Part shown: positions 53,451 through 62,225 of the stretch, one piece after another
Layout of the letters: the number at the start of each line of letters is the position of its first letter
Position numbering within the stretch: the stretch's first letter is position 1
Source: a virus
Lineage: Duplodnaviria > Caudoviricetes
Reading direction: 5' to 3' (one strand)
Virus record (IMG/VR): IMGVR_UViG_2706795941_000001
Coordinates: 1 to 64,000 of that record
Length of the DNA stretch: 64,000 nt
Translations under genes and position numbers: made by a program
Notes under the pieces: model-generated
Told to the model about the DNA's origin: nothing
Databases searched by the model: none
The model's input: only the letters and a program-made list of their open reading frames with translations

Positions 53451-54494
53451 TCAGAACGGCGGCTCGTCGTCGTCGTCGTACGTCGAGGTTCCAGCCGAAG
53501 CCGTCGGCGCCATGGGTTCGGGCTGCTTGACCCGACCCTTGGTGCTGAACACCTTCTCCTTCTCGGGCTCCGGTTCGGCCTTCGCCTGCGGCTGCGCCTT
53601 CGGCTCCTCGACCACGTCGGCGTCGATGGTGTTGTTCTCGACCACCTCGTTGTTGAGGTTCGGGTCATCCGACTCTCCCGAGTCCTCGTCGCGCGGCAGC
53701 GGGTACTGCTTGAGGAACTCCTTGGCCGACCGGAAGGACTCGTAGTAGTCCGGGTGGTCGGCGGTGTCGGTGACTCCGAGCTTCTCGTACGTCGGCGTGC
53801 AGTACTTGACGCTGCCCCGGCGGAACTTGTCCAGGCCCAGCTTCGTCACCGCCGTGAACGTCTGCGTCTTGCGCGTGACGAAGGGAGTGAGGTAGGTCTT
53901 GGTGGGCTTGACGCCCGACCGGCGGACACTGAACAGGGCCGGGGACCAGACGGCCTCGTCACCCTCGCCTTCCATGTAGAGCAGGGGGAGCGTCCACTCC
54001 TCCGCGCACCACGGACGCTTGCCGCTGGGGTCGGTGTTCCACTCGCGGAACTTGCACTTCTCGCAGGGCAGCGACGGCTCGGTCATCATCGGAACGCCGA
54101 GCACCTCGACCTCGAGGGGCTTGAGGTCGGCGGTGGTGAACCGATCCTGGGCTTCCCACGGGAAGCGCTTGTCGCGCGGCACGTCGGTGCTGAGGTTGGG
54201 GAAGCCGTGGCGGAAGTCGGGCGACTTGCACAACGGCGAGTCCTTCGACTCACCCTCGCCGATCTCGGCGGGCCACATGAGCCGGCCCTTATGGAGGCCG
54301 AGGATGATGACGGTCAGTTCGTCGAAGGTTTCCTCGGTCTGGCTGTGCTTGAACACGCCGTCGGCGTGGTCGATCTGGAGCCGGGGCATCGAGATGTCTG
54401 ACTGATCGAAGTCCTCGAGGCCTTCGAGGCCGGTCGAGTTGGCTTGCCAGTTGACAACGTCGGTGGACTCCGACACGGGCTGAACAGAAGTCAT
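53451..54494 (-). CDS. ssDNA-binding protein-like
   Basis: Highly biased codons. Acidic C-terminus DDDDEPPF like the SSB tail. Confidence 0.6.
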   Translation of the reverse strand: MTSVQPVSESTDVVNWQANSTGLEGLEDFDQSDISMPRLQIDHADGVFKHSQTEETFDELTVIILGLHKGRLMWPAEIGEGESKDSPLCKSPDFRHGFPNLSTDVPRDKRFPWEAQDRFTTADLKPLEVEVLGVPMMTEPSLPCEKCKFREWNTDPSGKRPWCAEEWTLPLLYMEGEGDEAVWSPALFSVRRSGVKPTKTYLTPFVTRKTQTFTAVTKLGLDKFRRGSVKYCTPTYEKLGVTDTADHPDYYESFRSAKEFLKQYPLPRDEDSGESDDPNLNNEVVENNTIDADVVEEPKAQPQAKAEPEPEKEKVFSTKGRVKQPEPMAPTASAGTSTYDDDDEPPF

Positions 54495-54578
54495 GTTGGT
54501 TTACTCGCTTCGTTGGTGTGAAGGTCTGCAGATCTGTAGATTCGTAGCGTTGCTGTCCGCACCAGGCGAACGTAGTAC

Positions 54579-54607
54579 ATGGTACCACACAATGCTACAC
54601 ATGTCAA
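54579..54607 (-). promoter_or_regulatory. SigA-type promoter
   Basis: TTGACA-17-TACCAT with TG extension. Confidence 0.8.
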
Positions 54608-54927
54608 CGCCGGGCGCGATTTTTTCTTTTGAGCAACCTCCCTGGAACTGGTTCGGTGAACTGAATCCCGTGCGCCACCATCCACACCTTGAAGTCAAGC
54701 TCACTGACACGCCAGTCAGGTACTGATTCAGGGGCAGCGATGTTGGTGATGCGCAAGCGAGAGCCCTGCCTCCCCTGGCTGCGTCCGGTGAAGTACCCAA
54801 GCTCGTTGATGATCTTGGATTCAGGGCAATCGAGGAGGTAGGCTATCTGATCCAGTGTGTAGAAGAACTCTCGCAGCGGGAGGATCACCTCATTGCGAAT
54901 GTGATCCTCGTCGAAGATGCTAGGCAT
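54604..54927 (-). CDS. HTH DNA-binding protein
   Basis: YTLDQIAYLL...WRVSE pattern. Confidence 0.6.
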   Translation of the reverse strand: MPSIFDEDHIRNEVILPLREFFYTLDQIAYLLDCPESKIINELGYFTGRSQGRQGSRLRITNIAAPESVPDWRVSELDFKVWMVAHGIQFTEPVPGRLLKRKNRARR

Positions 54928-55228
54928 CTTCCTTCGGAGTCCAGCACGACTCTATGACCTTGCCAGCTCCGTCGCGAAGGAAGGGGGTGAACTCTGCATG
55001 CACAAAGGGAAACATGTCTCGTGCCACACGAGGCGACACGATCACGGCCTTCTGTCCGCTGCCGTACTTCTCTCGTTGATGGTTGTAGACCATCTCGATG
55101 TCGCGCACCATTTTCTTCACGACCTTGGGCGTGACAAGTGCGGTCTTGAAACTGTGGAACCTGATGTACACCTGCTCGGCACCGGCGAACAGGGGTTCTC
55201 GTTTTCTCTCTTCATCGAGAGTGCCCAT
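54920..55228 (-). CDS. Hypothetical protein
   Basis: GAGGAGG RBS before ATG 55228. Confidence 0.7.
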   Translation of the reverse strand: MGTLDEERKREPLFAGAEQVYIRFHSFKTALVTPKVVKKMVRDIEMVYNHQREKYGSGQKAVIVSPRVARDMFPFVHAEFTPFLRDGAGKVIESCWTPKEDA

Positions 55229-55230
55229 GG

Positions 55231-55887
55231 CTACCTCCTCTTTGCTTTCTGTTTCATGTACTCGAGCCCGTGCTGCATTCCGTCCAGGGTGAGGCCCGAG
55301 AAGAAGATCGGCCGACGATGGATCTGTGCATAGCCGATGCGAGACCACCGATCAAAGACTGCTCCGATAGCCCCCGAAGACGGGGGGTTCTCGGGATCAA
55401 TGAGCAGTCCTACCTGGGCCGGAGTGAGTGGCCCGTCGAGTTCGTACTTGCCTGCTTGGTATGCGATGCAGACTTTCTGGACTTCGACTTCGAGCTGGCC
55501 CCTGGCGCGCGTGCCGGTGGACGTAGGCTCGAACGTGCGTGCCGATTCCGATAGGGTGGGAGCCACGGACGCGGGTTGCTCCGGGCGTTGTGTGGGACGG
55601 GCCGGGTCGGATAAAGCATCAGCCCTAGCCAGTGCTATCTGTCCCATCCAAGTCGGCTCAGGCGGCTCGTAGTTGGGGTTGCCGTGCTCCTTTCGCTTGG
55701 CCCCTGCCATCTCGTACATCTTGTTGATGGTGACGTGACAGCTGCAGGAACATATCTCGTGAGCTGTGCAAACCTTCATGGGCTTGCCGCTCGGACTTAC
55801 CGGTGCCAGTCCTTCATGTGCGCCAGTTCCACAGAAGCCGGTGATGTAATTACTCTTGGGCTTCTTGACCTTCGTTTCTGTTGACAC
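55231..55887 (-). CDS. Hypothetical protein (Cys cluster; possible C-terminal winged helix)
   Basis: C..T..H...C..H..CSCSCH. SSGAIGAVFDRW. Confidence 0.7.
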   Translation of the reverse strand: MSTETKVKKPKSNYITGFCGTGAHEGLAPVSPSGKPMKVCTAHEICSCSCHVTINKMYEMAGAKRKEHGNPNYEPPEPTWMGQIALARADALSDPARPTQRPEQPASVAPTLSESARTFEPTSTGTRARGQLEVEVQKVCIAYQAGKYELDGPLTPAQVGLLIDPENPPSSGAIGAVFDRWSRIGYAQIHRRPIFFSGLTLDGMQHGLEYMKQKAKRR

Positions 55888-56302
55888 CTATCATCTCCTC
55901 TTTTGCGACGAACACGCCGACGGGTGCTGATGAGAAGGCGGTGGCCTGCTGTTCGAGGATCGCTCCCGAATCCCCAGACCAATCGCGCTTCAGGTACGGT
56001 AGATCGAACTCGTCGCCCTCGCGAATAAGGACGGCTGCCTGTGGGCGGAAGCACCGGGGGTACTTGGTGCTGCCCTCTTCCAATGCGCGGTACGCTATAC
56101 GATCGCGCTCACGTACGATCTCGCGTGCATTCTCACACGAGATGTTGACCATTCTTTGGAACGCCGTGAGCTCATCTTCACGCATGCCGGTGAGCATGAG
56201 CTTGATGGTGGTGGACTTGTCCGACAGAAGCAACGTGACCTCGGCCCCATCCTCCGCGAAGTCACTTTCACTCTTGCGCGTGTCGATGTAGAGCGTAGCC
56301 AT
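55850..56302 (-). CDS. Hypothetical protein
   Basis: Codon bias from MATLY onward. Confidence 0.65.
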   Translation of the reverse strand: MATLYIDTRKSESDFAEDGAEVTLLLSDKSTTIKLMLTGMREDELTAFQRMVNISCENAREIVRERDRIAYRALEEGSTKYPRCFRPQAAVLIREGDEFDLPYLKRDWSGDSGAILEQQATAFSSAPVGVFVAKEEMIGVNRNEGQEAQE

Positions 56303-56375
56303 GAACGTCTTGATGGACACCCAGGCACGGCGCGACGGCGAAAGAATGTCGGAGGTTCGGGTGCGCCCGGCCATT

Positions 56376-56645
56376 CTACGGTGCAAGTTTCGCTTGTCGT
56401 TTGGCCCTGGCAACTTCCATCCTCTCCTGGTGGGACACTCTGGCTGGCGCGTTGTAGTCAGCGTCGTTGTACAGGCAGCGCTCACAGAACCACTCGAGTG
56501 CCCGGGTGCGGAAGACGTTTCCACGAGAGCCCATCGTAGCGAAGACCACCTTCTTCACTGACAGCTTGTCCCGAGGGACGATGGCTCCGCACCCTGTGCA
56601 GGCGTAGTCTCCTGCCGGGTCGGGCTTCGTGAATCCCATTGTCAT
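56376..56645 (-). CDS. Zn-ribbon protein
   Basis: CTGC...CERC. GAGGAAGG RBS. Confidence 0.7.
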   Translation of the reverse strand: MTMGFTKPDPAGDYACTGCGAIVPRDKLSVKKVVFATMGSRGNVFRTRALEWFCERCLYNDADYNAPARVSHQERMEVARAKRQAKLAP

Positions 56646-56653
56646 GCCTTCCT

Positions 56654-57541
56654 CTATAGACTTTCTGTAATGGTACTCGGAAAGTCTTGCTTCTTTCCGA
56701 GTGCGTCGTTGTTGCTGTAGATGCAGTTCAGGCACTGGTGACTGGTGACTATCAGCAGTGAGTCGATCTCATTCTTGAGTTCGGCCAGGGGGCGCCAGCA
56801 GGAGCTGCACTGACGGGTGCGATCCGCGCCGGTGACCTCGGCGAAGGCAACGCCTGCATCCATGAGCATGGCTGCTATCTGATCGTGGGTCACCGAGAAC
56901 AGATCTACGTCGTCGCACACTGGAATGAGAGCGGGCATAACGAGTCCACCGAACTTGTACTGACCTATGGCATAGATGTGTGCCATCGAGGTGTTCAAGT
57001 TCTCCTTGTCAAGGAAGGAGGGAACGAAGACCAACTCGAAGTGCAGGACCACTTCGCCAGTGCTGAAGATGGGCGTCTTGAGGATGATGGGCTTGGGCTC
57101 GAACCAGCTCGCAATGTAGGGAAGGAAGTTGAGACCTGCGTAGGTCTCCGCTGCTGCCCTGCGGTGTCGCGGGTTGTAGCAGTGGGCAACCTCATCCTGA
57201 AGATGCTCGCCTCGGCACTGCGTGACAATGTTGACGTAAGGTATGTCAGGCATGTTGGACATGTGCAGTCCGAGGCCGGCTCGAATATCCATCTGAACCT
57301 TCATGCCCGGATGCTGCGCGAAGTCGAATGTCCACACAACCTTGTTACCGAAGTCTGTGAGCTTTGCGCGGGTCATCTCGAAGTCGAAGTATCTCTTGTT
57401 GTGCTCAGCACGAATGCCAAGCATCTCGGTGTTGAGTTCGAGATGAGTGTCGAGAAGGTTCTCGGTTACCAAGTAGCGGAGGTCGATGACCTCGACGCCG
57501 GGGATATGGTCTTGCACACCGAACCTGTCACTGCTCGTCAT
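56654..57541 (-). CDS. Hypothetical protein with C-terminal Cys4 finger
   Basis: CSSC...CLNC. Confidence 0.7.
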   Translation of the reverse strand: MTSSDRFGVQDHIPGVEVIDLRYLVTENLLDTHLELNTEMLGIRAEHNKRYFDFEMTRAKLTDFGNKVVWTFDFAQHPGMKVQMDIRAGLGLHMSNMPDIPYVNIVTQCRGEHLQDEVAHCYNPRHRRAAAETYAGLNFLPYIASWFEPKPIILKTPIFSTGEVVLHFELVFVPSFLDKENLNTSMAHIYAIGQYKFGGLVMPALIPVCDDVDLFSVTHDQIAAMLMDAGVAFAEVTGADRTRQCSSCWRPLAELKNEIDSLLIVTSHQCLNCIYSNNDALGKKQDFPSTITESL

Positions 57542-57869
57542 CGTCACCCCCTTTGTACTTGAGCATCTTGCCCGTCGGTTTAGACGGGCCGAGCTTCTCC
57601 TTGTGCTTGCGTACCTCGGGAAGGCTGAGCATCCCGTTGGTGTGGAACAACCTGATCGCCGAGTCCATGTCGTGATCTACCTCAACCACCGGCTTGCGAC
57701 GAGCTGGCTTAGGTGCCGGCTTGGCCTCGACCTTGGGCTTTGGTTTAGGTCGAGGCTTGGTGGAGGTGGTGGATGCCTTGGGCCTTGAGCTAGCCTTCTT
57801 GCGTGCGGGCTTGTTGCACGAGCACGGATACTCGTCACAGAACAGGCAGGGTTCGCCACCCTTCGGCAT
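57528..57869 (-). CDS. Lys/Pro-rich basic protein with N-terminal Cys cluster
   Basis: CLFC...CSC, then a KP-rich linker. GGAGGT RBS. Confidence 0.7.
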   Translation of the reverse strand: MPKGGEPCLFCDEYPCSCNKPARKKASSRPKASTTSTKPRPKPKPKVEAKPAPKPARRKPVVEVDHDMDSAIRLFHTNGMLSLPEVRKHKEKLGPSKPTGKMLKYKGGDDDEQ

Positions 57870-57873
57870 TCAC

Positions 57874-57993
57874 TTACCTCCCATTCTTCAGCTTATCTTC
57901 AGCATGCATTGCCCAGAGTATAGAGCCAACACAGATACCGCCAACCACAAGACCCCACGCAGCGGCAATGCATATGGCGATCAGTGTGTTCAA
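57874..57993 (-). CDS. 39-aa single-TM microprotein
   Basis: AGGAGG RBS, TTG start, directly downstream of a promoter. Confidence 0.65.
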   Translation of the reverse strand: MNTLIAICIAAAWGLVVGGICVGSILWAMHAEDKLKNGR

Positions 57994-58017
57994 TCTCTGC
58001 CTCCTATCGTTTCGTAC

Positions 58018-58047
58018 ATGGTACCATACGGTACGCGCGGGTGTCAA
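58018..58047 (-). promoter_or_regulatory. SigA-type promoter
   Basis: TTGACA-18-TACCAT with TG extension. Confidence 0.7.
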
Positions 58048-58802
58048 TCCGACAGCTTCGCAGCTTCGTGGTCGTACTGCTCGGAGCTGATCTTGAGGAT
58101 CGACATGATCGTCTCCTTCGGAAAATTGCCGTGCATCTGCTTGATGGCGGCTAGGTCGGACTCCTTGAGTGCCTTGAACTTGCCGGTCTTCGGATCGGCA
58201 GCGGGACCAGTCGGCGGGCGCTTGGGCTTGCGAGGCTTGGTCGGCTCGCCCATGTACACCTCGCCGGCACTGATGGCACGGCCTCTCTCGATCTGATCTG
58301 GGTTGCGGCAGCCGGGGGTCTGCTTGTAGTCGAGCTCGCCCTGGTTCATGCGGTATCGCTTGCGTGCCCACTGTGCTACAGCTTTGACGTCGGGGAAGTG
58401 AACGAGCGGGGACACCAGCCAGATGGAGTAGGCCAGGCCCTGCGCCTCGCCCTGCATCCTGATGTACCCATCGACAAGCTTCTGTCCCTGGCCGGTGTCG
58501 TCGGGCTCGGACCACTCCTCGACGTTGGACTTGTTCTCGATCAGATACTTGGTGATCTGATCCAGCTTGGCCCACATCGCTTCCATCGGGGGCAGTCCGT
58601 TCGGGTCGTTCAAAGGTCCCTCCTCGATCTTGTATGGGCATGTGAGACCCTGGTGTCGGGTGCGCTCGGCATATGCACCCTCCTTGCTGCGGTGGAAGGT
58701 GCGCCAGTGGCACCCTGCAACACCGCACTCGTACGTGTACTTTTCCCGACCCTCGTTCTCGGGGAGATCGAGGGTCGGGAAAATCTCGGGCCAGCCGGAC
58801 AC
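58044..58802 (-). CDS. Hypothetical protein (N-terminal C2H-type finger, C-terminal HTH-like)
   Basis: CGVAGC...H..C. KETIMSILKIS. Confidence 0.65.
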   Translation of the reverse strand: MSGWPEIFPTLDLPENEGREKYTYECGVAGCHWRTFHRSKEGAYAERTRHQGLTCPYKIEEGPLNDPNGLPPMEAMWAKLDQITKYLIENKSNVEEWSEPDDTGQGQKLVDGYIRMQGEAQGLAYSIWLVSPLVHFPDVKAVAQWARKRYRMNQGELDYKQTPGCRNPDQIERGRAISAGEVYMGEPTKPRKPKRPPTGPAADPKTGKFKALKESDLAAIKQMHGNFPKETIMSILKISSEQYDHEAAKLSD

Positions 58803-59221
58803 TAGTTGTCGTCGCGGCCGAGGTAGCTGTGGTACTGATCTTCGGTCATCGCCGTGTGCTGCACCTTCCTGCCCGGCGGTTCCTTGTCGGTCTCGGGCGT
58901 GGCGTTGTCGACTTGCTTGGTCGTGGCTTCCGAGTCGGTGACCACAGCCGGTGCCATGCCGTAGTTGAAGGCGGCGTCCACTCCGGTGGGTACCTTGCTG
59001 GATACTCCACCGACGTTGCGTGCGACGTGCTGGAACAGGTTGAGGTAGCCGGTGTTGCTGCCGACCAGGAAGTTGGCGAGTGCGTCCTTGACGTCTTGCG
59101 GAATGTCGTTGGCGCTGATGCCCTCCTCCGGTTCGGTGGCTCGGCCGACCTCGATCCGCCATGTGCCGCTCATGTACACGACGTCGGTGACCTTGGGCTG
59201 GAAGGCGGGAATGTCTGTCAT
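58802..59221 (-). CDS. Hypothetical protein
   Basis: AGGAG RBS and codon bias. Confidence 0.7.
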   Translation of the reverse strand: MTDIPAFQPKVTDVVYMSGTWRIEVGRATEPEEGISANDIPQDVKDALANFLVGSNTGYLNLFQHVARNVGGVSSKVPTGVDAAFNYGMAPAVVTDSEATTKQVDNATPETDKEPPGRKVQHTAMTEDQYHSYLGRDDN

Positions 59222-59472
59222 CAGAAAACTCCTGGGGGTCTTGTGTTCTCGGTATCGCAGTGCCACTTGCCTGCGGCGTCGGCTTCCTGCGTGCTGCGAA
59301 GGGCCTTGGAGAACCATCCGCACTTGCAGTGTGCCATCGGGAGACGGTACTCACCCCGCCCATCACGTTCATTGAGGGGCGGGGTGAGTCCTATCTCGTA
59401 CTCGTGAGCGGGACCACCGGGTGTGCCGATCGGCAACACCTCGATGATCTCGAACTCGGGCTGATCCTCCAT
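59221..59472 (-). CDS. Small Zn-binding protein
   Basis: HCKCGW...WH. Confidence 0.65.
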   Translation of the reverse strand: MEDQPEFEIIEVLPIGTPGGPAHEYEIGLTPPLNERDGRGEYRLPMAHCKCGWFSKALRSTQEADAAGKWHCDTENTRPPGVF

Positions 59473-59478
59473 CGAAGA

Positions 59479-59871
59479 TCAGTAGCAGCCGGTGACCGAG
59501 TAGTAGCTGCTTCGGTCCTCGGACTGGGAGACGAGTACTCCATCGAGGTAGATGGCGCAGTACACGTAGCCGCCGTCCTCGTCGGTGATCCAGGTGCTGA
59601 CGTACGAGACGTCGTCACCTGCGTTGAACGTCTGCCACCCGCAGCTGCGGGTGCCGTCGCCGATGCGACCGGACAGGCGGAAGGTTCCGTCCTCGGTGCC
59701 GCCGTAGGCATTGGTGTTCTCGATCTGCACGTCGGCTCCGCTGTCGGTGCACCAGACGTACTTGACGTCGTCGTACTCGTCGACACTGACTGCGGACGCT
59801 GTGCCTGCCGATGCGGCGAGGATGGCTGCGACGCTGGCACATGCGATGCCAGCCTTCTTGAGCATGTTCAT
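59479..59871 (-). CDS. Secreted Cys-bridged beta protein, MmpS-like
   Basis: Sec signal peptide ending in ASA. C-terminal YCAIYLDGVLV...GCY. Confidence 0.6.
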   Translation of the reverse strand: MNMLKKAGIACASVAAILAASAGTASAVSVDEYDDVKYVWCTDSGADVQIENTNAYGGTEDGTFRLSGRIGDGTRSCGWQTFNAGDDVSYVSTWITDEDGGYVYCAIYLDGVLVSQSEDRSSYYSVTGCY

Positions 59872-59908
59872 TGAGTTCTCCTTGATCTGTGGTACCACGG
59901 TGTAGGTA

Positions 59909-59941
59909 GAAAACAGGCCCGGCCTAGTGACCGGGCCTGTT
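59909..59941 (-). terminator. Intrinsic terminator
   Basis: AACAGGCCCGG / CCGGGCCTGTT stem, then TT on the minus strand. Confidence 0.75.
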
Positions 59942-59966
59942 CAAAGCGACTACGACTGTGACGCGG

Positions 59967-60413
59967 TCAGTCGTCGTCGCCGTCTTCGGACTCGCCGGCC
60001 TCGTCGTCGTCCTCTTCCGGCTTCGGCGGGGGGTCCGCATGGAAGTGACCGAGGGGCGAGTGGTCGAGGCTCTCGTGGAACTCGAACGCCGCCTCCGGGG
60101 TCATGGCGTCGATGTCGGCGAGTGGGTATCCGTGGCGATCCACGAGGTGACGCTTGATGTTGGTGATGGCGATGGGGTTGAGACGCCGTGGCTTGAGCTC
60201 GGCGACGGCCTCGGGTGCGAGCGCCGGGTTGCTGATCTGTGCGGTCGGAACCATGACGCCGTTCGACTTGCCCTTGGGCTTGTAGAAGGTGAACTGTTCC
60301 GAGGTTGCCTCGATCGTGGCCTCGACCTGGACGGGCTCGGCGCCCTCCTCGGCGAGGGTGAACGAAACCTTGCGGCCGACGTACTCGTCGAGGTCTACTA
60401 CTGCGGTGGTCAT
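59967..60413 (-). CDS. Acidic hypothetical protein
   Basis: AAGGAGG RBS, very strong codon bias, has its own promoter and terminator. Confidence 0.8.
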   Translation of the reverse strand: MTTAVVDLDEYVGRKVSFTLAEEGAEPVQVEATIEATSEQFTFYKPKGKSNGVMVPTAQISNPALAPEAVAELKPRRLNPIAITNIKRHLVDRHGYPLADIDAMTPEAAFEFHESLDHSPLGHFHADPPPKPEEDDDEAGESEDGDDD

Positions 60414-60458
60414 TGTGCCTCCTTGGGGTTGATGAGATGTTTGCGTTTGCTCCGTTGT

Positions 60459-60488
60459 ACGGTACCACACACGGCAACCCGTGTGCAA
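60459..60488 (-). promoter_or_regulatory. SigA-type promoter
   Basis: TTGCAC-18-TACCGT with TG extension. Confidence 0.6.
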
Positions 60489-60501
60489 TACCCGTCCGCG
60501 A

Positions 60502-60582
60502 CTAACTTTTGCTATCGAGCCACATCATGAATCCAATGAGTGCTACAACAGCGAGTGCCACGATTGTGTCCTGCCAACTCAT
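60502..60582 (-). CDS. 26-aa single-TM microprotein
   Basis: ATGA overlap. MSWQDTIVALAVVALIGFMMWLDSKS. Confidence 0.55.
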   Translation of the reverse strand: MSWQDTIVALAVVALIGFMMWLDSKS

Positions 60583-61052
60583 CGCAGAACCTCGAGCGAG
60601 TTGAGTCCGGCGAGGCTGATGTACCGCATGAGCTCCGGCCAGGTGAAGCCGGACTCGGGATGATCCTCGAGTGTCGGAGCCACGAACCACTTGGCTGCAT
60701 GCTGTCCGTTGTCGTCCGACATCAGAAGCGCTGCGCCGATGGCAACCGAGGGCACGGTCATGGCCCGCTCGACACCCTTCGAGTCCTCGCCCTCGCGCAC
60801 GAGATCGAAAGCGACAACAGCTGAGTAGAGCCGGTTGTTCTCGTACCGGAACTGCGGCTCGAGTGCGTAGATCTCCTCGACGAGTGTGGTCTGCTGCTTG
60901 AGCAGCGCCTCGTCATCGGCGTCGCCGTCGGCCTCGACCCACGACTGTAGCTCCCGAGCCAGCCGCTTGCACTTGGCCTCGAGTAGTTGAGCTCTGGACA
61001 GAAACCCGAACCCCCCGGTGTTACGACGCTTCCGAGTTTTCTTTGTACTCAC
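60579..61052 (-). CDS. Hypothetical protein
   Basis: Codon bias. GAGGG RBS. Confidence 0.7.
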   Translation of the reverse strand: MSTKKTRKRRNTGGFGFLSRAQLLEAKCKRLARELQSWVEADGDADDEALLKQQTTLVEEIYALEPQFRYENNRLYSAVVAFDLVREGEDSKGVERAMTVPSVAIGAALLMSDDNGQHAAKWFVAPTLEDHPESGFTWPELMRYISLAGLNSLEVLR

Positions 61053-61182
61053 TCGCCCTCGCTTCTCTTGATAGGTGGTACCATCTGACGGGCACCCTGG
61101 TGTTGTTGTCTGGCCTGGTGCAGGGCTGATCGCGCGGCGCGAAGCATGCCGGGCAGCTAACCTTGCTGGTGTGTACTGCCAT
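61021..61182 (-). CDS. Zn-finger microprotein
   Basis: CPAC.A..DQPC...H.SR. GGAG RBS. Confidence 0.6.
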   Translation of the reverse strand: MAVHTSKVSCPACFAPRDQPCTRPDNNTRVPVRWYHLSREARASEYKENSEAS

Positions 61183-61693
61183 CGCTCTCCTCCATTCGTC
61201 TGGTCTGGTTGCGATACTCGGGTGGCGGAAGCAGGCGCTCGTCGTTGGGATCAACACGCCTGGGCCAGGGCTTGATACCAGGCCCAGTGATCGGTCCACT
61301 GATGGGGTAGCTGCCCACCATGACTTCTTTCTTCTTGCGCCTGGCAATGATACGCCTGCCGCGCTTGTTCTTTCCCTGCTCGGTGTTCATTCGCCTGAGC
61401 CACTGACTCGGGGTCTCGTCATACCAGCGACCGATCTCCTTCGGCCCCACCCAGATGGTGTGCTCTGGTAAGCGATGGCCTCGCCGCAGGTTGCACAGCA
61501 TATGGGTTGGCCTCAGGTTGTCCTTGCTGTCGGTGCCTCCGAGAAACCTTGGTATGTAGTGGTCAGCGTTGAAGTACCAATACCCACCCTTGAGTGTGTA
61601 GTCAATCTCCTCTCCGCATATCCAGCATGGCGGCCGGAGGATACGACACTCTCGCTTGAAGCTGAGTATCGCTCCCCGATTAGCCGAACCCAC
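61157..61693 (-). CDS. HNH endonuclease
   Basis: CWICG...DHYIP..LGG.D...NL..TH..CN. Confidence 0.88.
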   Translation of the reverse strand: MGSANRGAILSFKRECRILRPPCWICGEEIDYTLKGGYWYFNADHYIPRFLGGTDSKDNLRPTHMLCNLRRGHRLPEHTIWVGPKEIGRWYDETPSQWLRRMNTEQGKNKRGRRIIARRKKKEVMVGSYPISGPITGPGIKPWPRRVDPNDERLLPPPEYRNQTRRMEESDGSTHQQG

Positions 61694-61967
61694 CGGACTC
61701 CATCACCTTCAGGCGAACCTTGCCACGCTGCGCCCGGTCGAGCCCGCCCTTGATGTGGTATCCCTTGGGGTAGGTGTACGTGCGGTTCTTGATGTAGCCG
61801 GTCCGACGCTCGATCAACGCACGCCGACGCAGGCCACACCGCAGGCACCCGAGTGTTTCCCAGTAGCCCTCGGTGTTGAAGATGATGTCACCCACCGCAT
61901 CCCAGGCGTGGCCGTAGATGCGGCAGCGTGCGTGGTCATCGTCGAGGTCGACCTTGCCTATCTTCAT
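61680..61967 (-). CDS. Small Zn-binding protein
   Basis: C..YGHAW...CLRCG. Confidence 0.7.
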   Translation of the reverse strand: MKIGKVDLDDDHARCRIYGHAWDAVGDIIFNTEGYWETLGCLRCGLRRRALIERRTGYIKNRTYTYPKGYHIKGGLDRAQRGKVRLKVMESGGFG

Positions 61968-62215
61968 GTGTTCACCTCCCCGTTGTCGTACTTTACTTCT
62001 GCATTCCAGAAGCCATGCCCCAGCCCGTCATTGTATGCATCCCAGGCGTCAACTGACTGTCCGCCACGGTGGTGAACTCTTCCTGCATTCCATGCGTAGT
62101 CCGAGATGTCTTCAAGTTTTTGAAACTTCTCGTCATTGCAGTATCCGCACCCTCCCTCGAGGCAGGTGGCGTCAGGGTTGGGCCAGCAGATGCGGCGTGC
62201 AATTATCTTCGCCAT
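61964..62215 (-). CDS. Small Cys-rich protein
   Basis: ICWP...CLEGGCGYC. AAGGAG RBS. Confidence 0.65.
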   Translation of the reverse strand: MAKIIARRICWPNPDATCLEGGCGYCNDEKFQKLEDISDYAWNAGRVHHRGGQSVDAWDAYNDGLGHGFWNAEVKYDNGEVNT

Positions 62216-62225
62216 GATGTTCTCC

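Noticed and set aside
61157-61693. HNH as a terminase-associated nuclease or intron-encoded homing enzyme
   Set aside because: It is far from terL and the flanking genes are not interrupted.
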